This document shows positions 56,082 through 64,000 of a DNA stretch of 64,000 bases, in pieces. Each line of letters opens with the position of its first letter. The first letter of the stretch is position 1. This stretch comes from Candidatus Nomurabacteria bacterium GW2011_GWD2_36_14 (GTDB lineage: Bacteria > Patescibacteriota > Minisyncoccia > Phycocordibacterales > UBA9973), in contig LBRL01000001.1 in assembly GCA_000991405.1 (NCBI GenBank), positions 625,841 through 689,840 on the forward strand. Direction: 5' to 3'. The notes under the pieces are model-generated. The model saw nothing but the letters and a program-made list of their open reading frames with translations, was not told the origin of the DNA and did not search any database. Position numbers and translations under genes: made by a program.

Positions 56082-57812
56082 ATGAAGAATAAAAATACAA
56101 TAAAATACAATAGAGGTGCGGCGATGATAATTCTTGTCTTGTTCTTTGTATTTATAAGTTCAACAATTATAATTGGTATAGTAGTTCCAACTGTGCGTGA
56201 ATATAAAATTGCCACAGATAATTTCCATTCAAAACAAACTTACTTCTTGGCCGAATCAGGTGTTGAAGATGTTCTGTACAGATTAAAGAATAACAAACAG
56301 ACAAATGGTACCGAAACTATTGTATTAGGAAATTCAGAAGCAGTAACTACTGTTACTGATATTTCAAGTAGTCAAAAAGAAATTACTTCATTGGGTAATA
56401 CAGACTTAGTGCAAAGAAAAGTTAAATTGACCGTTGATACTGGAGTAGGGGTTTCTTTTAGTTATGGTGTTCAGGTTGGATCAGGAGGATTTATTATGAA
56501 TAATGGGTCAAGGATAGTTGGTAGTATTTATTCAAATGGTAATATAACAGGTTCTGGTACCATTACTGGTAGTGCAACCTCAGCTAATTCACCAGCATTA
56601 GCTTCAGATCAAACAAATGGTACAGGAGTACCTCCAATCGATATAACATTTGGAAATTCAAATGCCACACAAGATTTTGCACAAAGTTTTCAAGTTAGTG
56701 AAACAGGGGTATTAAATAAAGTATCTTTATATTTAAAAAAAGTTAGTACACCTTCAAACATTACAGCACGTATAGTGTCTGATTCTAACGGAAGTCCAAG
56801 TGGAACTACTTTAGCATCTGCTACGATATCAACATCAACAGTATCAACTAATTATGGCTGGATTGATGTTCCTTTTTCTAGCCACATACAACTTTCTTCT
56901 AGTACAACGTATTGGTTAGTTTTAGATGTTACAACCTCCTCAACAAAGTATTACAAAATAGGAGCAAACAATAATGGATATGCAAATGGGATTAGTAAAA
57001 CAGGTGGGTTTGGTGGTACTTGGAACAACATAACACCAGCAGGATCAGACGGTTTCTTCAATGTTTATTTGGGTGGCTTGACTGGGTTGATAAGTGGAAT
57101 AACAATTGGAACTAATTCGAATGATGGGGCATATGCTCATACAATCAATAATTCAAATGTTACAGGTCCTATTTATTGTCAAACAGGAAGTGGTAACAAT
57201 AAAGCTTGTAATACATCTAGACCAGATCCTGTACAGATAGCTATGCCAATATCAGAACAAAATATTTTAGATTGGAAAGAAGCTGCTGCCCTAGGAGGTA
57301 CTTATAATGGTAATTATGTCGTTTCTTCAAATACCACATTAGGACCTAAGAAAATCACCGGTAATTTAGTAGTGTCAAACGAAGTGACTCTAACATTAAC
57401 TGGGACAGTCTGGGTTCAAGGTTCTTTAACTGTCAGTAACAATGCTATTGTAAAACTCGCCTCTAATTATGGTAGCTCAGAGGGTTTGATTATTGCTGAT
57501 GGCAACATTACCATTAGTAATAATTCGGTTTTTCAAGGATCAGGAGCTTCTGGTAGTTATATAATGGCTCTCAGTACTTCTTCTTCGACATCTGCGATTA
57601 CATTAGCAAATAATGGTGGGGCAGTTGTACTTTATGCAGCAAATGGAACTATAAATATAGCAAATAATGCAACAGCCAAGTCTCTAACAGGTTATTATAT
57701 AAATCTAAGCAATAATGCTGTTATTACTTATGATGATGGACTTATGAATTCTAACTTTTCAAGTGGCCCGTCGGGTACATGGAATGTAGATAGCTGGCAA
57801 GAGGTAGAATAA
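56082..57812 (+). CDS. PilX-like tip pilin with large beta-rich adhesin domains
   Basis: RGAAMII lacking Glu5, AESGVED, C-terminal SWQE. Confidence 0.8.
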   Translation: MKNKNTIKYNRGAAMIILVLFFVFISSTIIIGIVVPTVREYKIATDNFHSKQTYFLAESGVEDVLYRLKNNKQTNGTETIVLGNSEAVTTVTDISSSQKEITSLGNTDLVQRKVKLTVDTGVGVSFSYGVQVGSGGFIMNNGSRIVGSIYSNGNITGSGTITGSATSANSPALASDQTNGTGVPPIDITFGNSNATQDFAQSFQVSETGVLNKVSLYLKKVSTPSNITARIVSDSNGSPSGTTLASATISTSTVSTNYGWIDVPFSSHIQLSSSTTYWLVLDVTTSSTKYYKIGANNNGYANGISKTGGFGGTWNNITPAGSDGFFNVYLGGLTGLISGITIGTNSNDGAYAHTINNSNVTGPIYCQTGSGNNKACNTSRPDPVQIAMPISEQNILDWKEAAALGGTYNGNYVVSSNTTLGPKKITGNLVVSNEVTLTLTGTVWVQGSLTVSNNAIVKLASNYGSSEGLIIADGNITISNNSVFQGSGASGSYIMALSTSSSTSAITLANNGGAVVLYAANGTINIANNATAKSLTGYYINLSNNAVITYDDGLMNSNFSSGPSGTWNVDSWQEVE

Positions 57813-57845
57813 CGGTTTTTGGCAGTTTTGTGGTAAAATAGAGGA

Positions 57846-58607
57846 ATGAAGGTAATAAACAAACTTGTCATTGCTAATTGGAAGATGAATCCGCAATCTA
57901 AAAAGGAGGCGGAAATTATTTTTAAAAACATTTTCAATAATTTAAAAAATATAAAAAAGACAGAGGTAATAATCTGTCCACCTTTTCCGTTCCTTTTTGT
58001 GAAGGGAAAAGTGAAGACTAAGAATATAAAACTAGGAAGCCAAGACGTCTTTTATGAGAAAGAGGGTTCATATACTGGAGAAGTGTCAGCTTCGATGCTC
58101 AGAGACTTCAGTGTGGAATACGTCTTGGTAGGACATTCTGAGAGAAGAGCCATAGGCGATACAAATGAGATTGTAAATAAAAAGATTCTAGCCATTTTAA
58201 AATCGAAAATGAATCCCATCTTTTGTGTTGGAGAAAGTGTTCGAGATACCAATGGCTTCTATTTGTCATTTATTAAACAACAAATAATAGAAGGATTAGT
58301 GAATGTAAACAAACCTCAGGTGAAAAATATGGTGATTGCTTATGAGCCCATATGGGCGATAGGGAGTAGCGCTGATAGAGAGGCGACACCTGCTGAATTT
58401 ACCGAGATAAGAATATTTATTAAAAAGATAATTACTGACTTGTACGATGTGAAAACTGCAAATGAAGTAAGAATCATATATGGAGGGTCAGTTAATCCTC
58501 TAAATGCGGAATCATTTATAAAAGAAGGTAGAGCTGATGGATTACTCGTAGGACGTGACAGCTTGAATCCTAAGAAATTCAGTGCGATTATTAATTTGGT
58601 TAAATAA
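57846..58607 (+). CDS. tpiA: Triosephosphate isomerase
   Basis: ANWKMN, GHSERR, AYEPIWAIG, YGGSV. Confidence 0.97.
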   Translation: MKVINKLVIANWKMNPQSKKEAEIIFKNIFNNLKNIKKTEVIICPPFPFLFVKGKVKTKNIKLGSQDVFYEKEGSYTGEVSASMLRDFSVEYVLVGHSERRAIGDTNEIVNKKILAILKSKMNPIFCVGESVRDTNGFYLSFIKQQIIEGLVNVNKPQVKNMVIAYEPIWAIGSSADREATPAEFTEIRIFIKKIITDLYDVKTANEVRIIYGGSVNPLNAESFIKEGRADGLLVGRDSLNPKKFSAIINLVK

Positions 58608-58618
58608 TGTAAATAAAT

Positions 58619-59743
58619 ATGAAATCAATAAAAGACATAGAAAATTTGAAAGGGAAGCGTGTCATAGTCCGTGTAGACTTCAATGTACCACAAGATCCGT
58701 CTGGGAAAATTGTGGATGATTTCCGTATTAAGTCTGCACTTCCTACCATACAGTATTTACATAAAAAAGGGGCAATAGTGATCCTTGTAGCCCATATAGG
58801 GGATGACGGCACGAAGAGTTTAAAGCCTGTAGCTATAAGGCTTAAAAAGTATTTGCCAGATGTTAAATTTATAGAATCTTCAATCTTTTCAGATGAAACC
58901 AAGAAGATCACAGGAACACTCAAGAATGGCGACGTAGCTTTGTTTGAGAATCTACGCAAAGAGCCAGGAGAGAAGACGAACTCTCCATCTTTTGCTAGAG
59001 GGCTTTCTCGTTTTGGTGATATATATGTGAATGATGCTTTCTCTGTCTCACATCGGGTACACGCTTCTATTGTTGGTATTACAAAATACTTACCAAGTTA
59101 TGCAGGGCTTCAACTCATAGATGAGATAAATAATCTATCGAAAGCTTTTAGCCCTAAAAAACCTTTTTTGTTTATTTTAGGTGGAGCGAAATTTGAAACC
59201 AAGATTCCTTTAATAAAAAAGTTCTTACGAGATGCCGACCATGTATTTATCGGAGGAGCTATTGCCAACGACTTCTTCAAAGGCAAGGGGTATGAAGTAG
59301 GTACCTCTCTGGTAAGTGAGGGTATGGTGCAAGTGAAATCATTTTTCAAGAATAAGAATTTAGTTATACCGACAGATGTCATAGCAACTCGTGGAAGTAC
59401 TAGTCGTGACATAAGGCCAAATGAAGTGACGCACGATGAGTGCATAGTAGATATAGGCAAGGACTCAGTAAACGTATTGAAAGACCTGATCGACAAAGCA
59501 CAATTCGTACTTTGGAATGGACCTCTTGGTAAATATGAAAGTGGATTTGGAAGTGCTACAGAAAATGTTCTTAAAATTCTTTCTAAGAGTAAGGCTGTCA
59601 GTATCGTCGGAGGAGGGGATACTGTGGCTCTTATAACCAAATTAAAATTGGGCGACAAGCTTGGCTTCGTTTCCACCGGCGGTGGTGCCACTCTCGACTT
59701 CCTAGCCAAAGGCACTCTACCGGGGATAAAAGCATTGAAATAA
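58619..59743 (+). CDS. pgk: Phosphoglycerate kinase
   Basis: RVDFNVP, ENLR, VNDAF, WNGPLG, STGGGA. Confidence 0.97.
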   Translation: MKSIKDIENLKGKRVIVRVDFNVPQDPSGKIVDDFRIKSALPTIQYLHKKGAIVILVAHIGDDGTKSLKPVAIRLKKYLPDVKFIESSIFSDETKKITGTLKNGDVALFENLRKEPGEKTNSPSFARGLSRFGDIYVNDAFSVSHRVHASIVGITKYLPSYAGLQLIDEINNLSKAFSPKKPFLFILGGAKFETKIPLIKKFLRDADHVFIGGAIANDFFKGKGYEVGTSLVSEGMVQVKSFFKNKNLVIPTDVIATRGSTSRDIRPNEVTHDECIVDIGKDSVNVLKDLIDKAQFVLWNGPLGKYESGFGSATENVLKILSKSKAVSIVGGGDTVALITKLKLGDKLGFVSTGGGATLDFLAKGTLPGIKALK

Positions 59744-59745
59744 GT

Positions 59746-59768
59746 TTACCGAAGCAAGGCTTCGGTAA
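59746..59768. repeat. Short palindrome between pgk and paralog 5
   Basis: TTACCGAAGC-AAG-GCTTCGGTAA. Confidence 0.6.
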
Positions 59769-59786
59769 GTTGTATTTTAAAAATAT

Positions 59787-61490
59787 ATGAGTAATGTGTC
59801 TGAAAATAAGATATGCCAGAATTGTAAAAAAGACTTCACTATCGAGTCAGATGATTTTCTGTTTTATGAGAAAATGAAAGTTCCAGCACCTACCTTTTGT
59901 CCACATTGTCGGTTTGTCCGTCGTATGATATGGAGAAATGAAAGATCTTTGTATAAAAGGAAGTGCGATATGTGTCAGAAGAATATAATTGCTATGTATG
60001 ATGACAAAGTACCTTTTCCTGTATATTGCCCAGAATGCTGGAGAAGTGATAAATGGGAAGCAGGTGAATATACAAAAGATTATGATTTTAGTAAACCATT
60101 CTTTGAACAATGGGAAGAATTATTTAATAAAGTTCCTAGGCAAGGGATAAGACATTTGGGTGAATGTATTGATTCAGAGTATGCTAACTTTGCCGATAAT
60201 TCAAAAAATGTATATTTATCATATTCTGTTTTATGGAATAGTGAAGGGATTTATTATTCTAATAATATAGAAAAATCAAAAGAAATTATTGATTCATTTA
60301 ACGCTACTGATAGTGAATTAATATATCAAAGTATAAATGTTTTAAAAAATTATAGTTGCCAGTACTCATATTGGTCATTGAATTGCATAAATTGTAATTT
60401 TATCTTAGATTGCAATAATTGCCAAGATTGTTTTGGTTGTGTAAATTTGCAGAACAAAAGATATTGTATTTATAATGAACAGTATTCAAAAGAAGAATAT
60501 GAAGAGAAAATAAAATCATTTAATACAGGTAGTCGTTCTTTTATTATTGAATTTTCAAAAGAATTTTGGAGTTTTTCTTTGAATTTTCCAAGAAGATATG
60601 TAAGATCTGTAAATTGCAATAACTCAACAGGTGATGTTATTAGAGATTCAAGTAATTCAAAAAGTATTTTCAATAGTTATGGTTGTGAAAATATTAAATA
60701 TGGATATAGAGTTGTTAAATCTAAAGATGGAATGGATGTATGTTATATGGGAGCTGAATTAGCATATGAACATGGTTATGGTGGTTCAGAGAACAGTCAA
60801 AATATTAAATTTACTATAGAAGGTCAACCAGCTTGTAGTTTGTTAGAATATTCAGATGCTTGCAAATCCTCCTCAAATCTCTTCGGTTGCATAGGCCTTA
60901 AAAACAAACAATATTGTATCTTAAACAAACAATATGAGAAAGAAGAATATTTTAAAATGGTAGAGAAGATAAAGAAACACATGGATGATATGCCATATAT
61001 AGATAGCAAGAGTAGGGTATACAAATATGGAGAATTCTTCCCTTATGAACTATGTCCATTTGGGTATAATGAAGCTGTTATCAATGATCACTTCCCACTC
61101 ACCAAAGAAGAAATATTAGAAAGAGGATATCCATATAAAGAAAAACAAGACAATAAATATACTATTACATTAAAAGCCAAGGATATACCAGACGATATTA
61201 AAGATGTAGATGATAGTATCTTAAATGAAGTTATAGAATGTGAAGTTTCTGGCAAAGCATTCAAGATTACTCCATTTGAATTTCAATTCTATAGAAGAAT
61301 GAATATACCTATACCAAGACTTCATCCAAATGAAAGATACAAGAAGCGCTTAGCGTTAAGAAATCCTATGATTCTATATACTCGTGCCTGTATGCACGAA
61401 GGTTGTACTAATACATTTGAAACTACATATGCCCCAAATAGGCCTGAGATAATTTATTGTAAAGAATGCTATCAAAGAGAGGTGTATTAA
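59787..61490 (+). CDS. Cys-rich ~570 aa paralog 5
   Basis: Same terminal motifs as the other four. Confidence 0.85.
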   Translation: MSNVSENKICQNCKKDFTIESDDFLFYEKMKVPAPTFCPHCRFVRRMIWRNERSLYKRKCDMCQKNIIAMYDDKVPFPVYCPECWRSDKWEAGEYTKDYDFSKPFFEQWEELFNKVPRQGIRHLGECIDSEYANFADNSKNVYLSYSVLWNSEGIYYSNNIEKSKEIIDSFNATDSELIYQSINVLKNYSCQYSYWSLNCINCNFILDCNNCQDCFGCVNLQNKRYCIYNEQYSKEEYEEKIKSFNTGSRSFIIEFSKEFWSFSLNFPRRYVRSVNCNNSTGDVIRDSSNSKSIFNSYGCENIKYGYRVVKSKDGMDVCYMGAELAYEHGYGGSENSQNIKFTIEGQPACSLLEYSDACKSSSNLFGCIGLKNKQYCILNKQYEKEEYFKMVEKIKKHMDDMPYIDSKSRVYKYGEFFPYELCPFGYNEAVINDHFPLTKEEILERGYPYKEKQDNKYTITLKAKDIPDDIKDVDDSILNEVIECEVSGKAFKITPFEFQFYRRMNIPIPRLHPNERYKKRLALRNPMILYTRACMHEGCTNTFETTYAPNRPEIIYCKECYQREVY

Positions 61491-61528
61491 TTTACAATTA
61501 AGAAACGGCCGTTTCTTAATTGTAAATT
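61489..61528. repeat. Perfect 40 bp palindrome with no spacer
   Basis: AATTTACAATTAAGAAACGG|CCGTTTCTTAATTGTAAATT. Confidence 0.8.
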
Positions 61529-61581
61529 GTACTTGGAACAACTTTTCTTAATATTAAAAATTTTATGTTACAATCTTTATT

Positions 61582-63252
61582 ATGCCCAATGAAATTGAAC
61601 TTTTAGATTTACTGCTGAAAAATAGAGGAATAAAGGAAGAAGATAAAGAGAAATTCTTGAACCCTTCATATGAAGAGGGAATTTATGATCCATACCTAAT
61701 GAAAGATATGGAAAAGACGGTAGTAAGGATATTTGAGGCCGTAGAAGCGAAAGAGAAGATAGTCATATATAGTGACTATGACTGCGATGGGATTCCAGCC
61801 TCTGTCATGATGCATGACTTCTTCACAAAGATTGGATATACAAATTTTACTATTTATATTCCCGATAGACATGATGAAGGGTATGGTCTTCATATGGATG
61901 CGATTAAGAATTTTATAAATGAAAAAGTGAATCTCCTTATAACTTTTGACTTAGGAATCACCGCTGTGGATGAAGTGGTAGAAGCAACAGCAGGGGGGAT
62001 AGATGTGATAATTACCGACCATCACTTGCCTCACGCACAAATTCCTCGTGCTTATGCAATACTTAATCCCAAGCAAGATGGATGTGCTTATCCAGACAAG
62101 ATGCTGTGCGGAGCGGGGATAGCCTTCAAACTTATTCAAGCACTCATAATAAAATACGGAGAATATTGGAATATAAATAAAGGCTGGGAGAAATGGTTAC
62201 TAGATATGGCAGGCATAGCAACACTTGCTGATCAAGTGCCTCTTCTAGATGAGAATAGGGTACTGGCATACTATGGACTTAAAGTATTGCAGAAAGGGAA
62301 ACGTTTGGGGCTTGTTGAAATTTTCAAAAAAGCTGGTGTAGATATTACCAAACTTTCTGAAGAGGATGTGACCTTTACCTTGGCTCCTCGCATAAATGCA
62401 GCCTCCAGAATGGCTGACCCAATGATGGCCTTTGAAATGCTTTCTGCAACTGATGCAGTAGTAGCCAAAGCCTCTGCTGATAACTTGGCAAAAATAAATG
62501 ATGAGAGGAAGATTATTGTCGCTCACATGATGAAGGATGTTAAGAAAACTTTAAGCAAAAGAGAAGACAAGAAGGTGATAGTGATAGGGAATCCTACTTG
62601 GAGAGTGGGAGTCTTGGGAATTATTGCTTCTAAAATTGCCGAAGAATATAAAAGGCCAGTTTTCGTGTGGGGAACGGATGGAAGTGATGAGCTCAAGGGA
62701 TCTTGTCGTTCGTGGGGGAGTGTTAACTTAGTAGAAATAATGACTGCACTTCCAGAAAATAGCTTACTTGGTTTTGGGGGACATGCGGGGGCTGGTGGGT
62801 TCTCGGTAGCACAAACAGAAATACATTTTCTAGAAGAAAGAATTTTGAAAGTTTATGGAGAGGACAAAGAGGTAGAAGGCGGGAGTGAAGGAGAGGAGAT
62901 AAAAGATAGGATAGAAGCAATTATAAGCATTGATGATATCACACCAGCTAATTATAATGTGATAGATAAACTTGCTCCATACGGAGAGGGGAATCCTAAG
63001 CCTAAATTCCTTTTCAAAGAATTGCCTATATCTGCAATCAAAGAATTTGGTAAAGAGAAAAATCACTTAGAATTAAGTTTCCTAAATAGTAAAGGGAAGG
63101 TGGTTAAAGCGATAGCATTTTTCAAGACCAGAGAGAGTTATAATAATATGCTTAATGTAGGGGAGAGGATAAATATGGTAGCTACTTTTGAGAAGAGTAC
63201 ATTTGGAGGAAGAACAGAATTAAGGCTCCGAATTGTAGATATATTATGTTAG
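61582..63252 (+). CDS. recJ: Single-stranded DNA exonuclease RecJ
   Basis: YSDYDCDG, ITDHH, APRINAASR, GGHAGAGG, PYGEGNP. Confidence 0.95.
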   Translation: MPNEIELLDLLLKNRGIKEEDKEKFLNPSYEEGIYDPYLMKDMEKTVVRIFEAVEAKEKIVIYSDYDCDGIPASVMMHDFFTKIGYTNFTIYIPDRHDEGYGLHMDAIKNFINEKVNLLITFDLGITAVDEVVEATAGGIDVIITDHHLPHAQIPRAYAILNPKQDGCAYPDKMLCGAGIAFKLIQALIIKYGEYWNINKGWEKWLLDMAGIATLADQVPLLDENRVLAYYGLKVLQKGKRLGLVEIFKKAGVDITKLSEEDVTFTLAPRINAASRMADPMMAFEMLSATDAVVAKASADNLAKINDERKIIVAHMMKDVKKTLSKREDKKVIVIGNPTWRVGVLGIIASKIAEEYKRPVFVWGTDGSDELKGSCRSWGSVNLVEIMTALPENSLLGFGGHAGAGGFSVAQTEIHFLEERILKVYGEDKEVEGGSEGEEIKDRIEAIISIDDITPANYNVIDKLAPYGEGNPKPKFLFKELPISAIKEFGKEKNHLELSFLNSKGKVVKAIAFFKTRESYNNMLNVGERINMVATFEKSTFGGRTELRLRIVDILC

Positions 63253-63261
63253 AATATTTTT

Positions 63262-63774
63262 ATGAATAAAACTTTGGAAATATATACAGATGGTTCATCG
63301 TTGGGGAATCCAGGACCGGGAGGTTGGGGGGTTGTTATAATTAATAATGAAGAATTAATAATTAATAATGAAAAACCAAACACCAAAAACCAAACACCAA
63401 AAACCAACATAGTAGAGCTTGGTGGAGGTGATAAAAATACGACAAATAACAGGATGGAACTTCAAGCTGTTATAGAAGCACTCAAATATATAAATAAAAA
63501 TTACAAAGAAAATGAGGTAACTATAAATGCAGATTCGGCATATGTATTGGGGGGAGTGACGACTTGGATACATGGTTGGGAGAAGAATGGATGGAAGACT
63601 GCCAACAAAAAACCGGTTTTAAATCAGGAACTTTGGAAAGAATTGATATCACTCGTGAGAGAATTCAAGGGTAAAATAAATTGGCAGAAAGTGAAGGGGC
63701 ATTCAGGACACATATATAACGATAAAGCGGATGAGATAGCAACAAAATATGCATCTAACCAAAAAGGAAATTAG
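63262..63774 (+). CDS. rnhA: Ribonuclease HI with low-complexity insertion
   Basis: YTDGSSLGNPGPGGWG, TTNNRMEL, DSAYV, VKGHSG, NDKAD. Confidence 0.95.
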   Translation: MNKTLEIYTDGSSLGNPGPGGWGVVIINNEELIINNEKPNTKNQTPKTNIVELGGGDKNTTNNRMELQAVIEALKYINKNYKENEVTINADSAYVLGGVTTWIHGWEKNGWKTANKKPVLNQELWKELISLVREFKGKINWQKVKGHSGHIYNDKADEIATKYASNQKGN

Positions 63775-64000
63775 TTTAATAATCGCACTAATATTAATTG
63801 CATTGGTGCGGTTTTTCTTTTTTATACCGAAGGCACCTCTATACAATAGTGTAGTGGGGAAGACTGTGACTCTAAGTGGGGTGGTGAGTGAAGACCCAGA
63901 TATTAGGCTGAAAAATAAGCATTTAAATGTGAGGCTAGAAGAGCAAGATGTGAATATATTAGTCTTTGTGGGGAGAGAAGTGGAAGTAAATTATGGAGAT
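63749..64000 (+). CDS. comEC: ComEC/Rec2 competence protein N-terminus (partial, runs off window)
   Basis: MHLTKKEISLIIALILIALVRFFFF...LSGVVSEDPDIR...VNYGD: TM followed by DUF4131-like OB segment. Confidence 0.6.
   Translation, partial: MHLTKKEISLIIALILIALVRFFFFIPKAPLYNSVVGKTVTLSGVVSEDPDIRLKNKHLNVRLEEQDVNILVFVGREVEVNYGD

Noticed and set aside
6081-61490. Diversity-generating retroelement acting on the Cys-rich paralogs
   Set aside because: No reverse transcriptase in the window and no near-identical template/variable repeat pair differing only at adenines; differences involve all bases.
1-64000. CRISPR array or cas genes
   Set aside because: No regularly spaced direct repeats with unique spacers; repeats are dispersed palindromes.
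1-64000. Alternative genetic code (UGA recoded, as in Gracilibacteria/Absconditabacteria)
   Set aside because: Genes are full-length under code 11 and TGA ends ORFs such as the HIT gene and the kinase.

Overview
AT-rich, gene-dense window. Gene content, tRNA set and lack of Shine-Dalgarno motifs suggest a Patescibacteria/CPR (Parcubacteria-like) chromosome; this is inferred. It begins with the end of an integrated element: a small ORF, a structured leader and a large serine recombinase abutting tRNA-Lys. It carries housekeeping genes (mutM, ruvA, rpsT, rplS, yqgF, tpiA, pgk, recJ, rnhA, partial comEC), seven tRNAs, two type IV pilus clusters, a GH130/mannose cluster, and a B12 locus (class II RNR, ECF S-component, cobalamin riboswitch, DUF4430 proteins). 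The most unusual signals are: (1) a conserved, structured 170-240 nt element downstream of tRNA-Ser, -Leu and -His whose flanks are copies of each host tRNA's own 3' end, each followed by an accessory gene; (2) five dispersed ~570 aa Cys-rich paralogs with conserved ends, variable cores and mosaic codon usage; (3) an interleaved A-B-C-A'-B'-C' complementary leader upstream of the recombinase; (4) several families of covarying palindromic repeats, some inserted in frame into coding sequence. All calls come from reading the sequence; no database searches were run.
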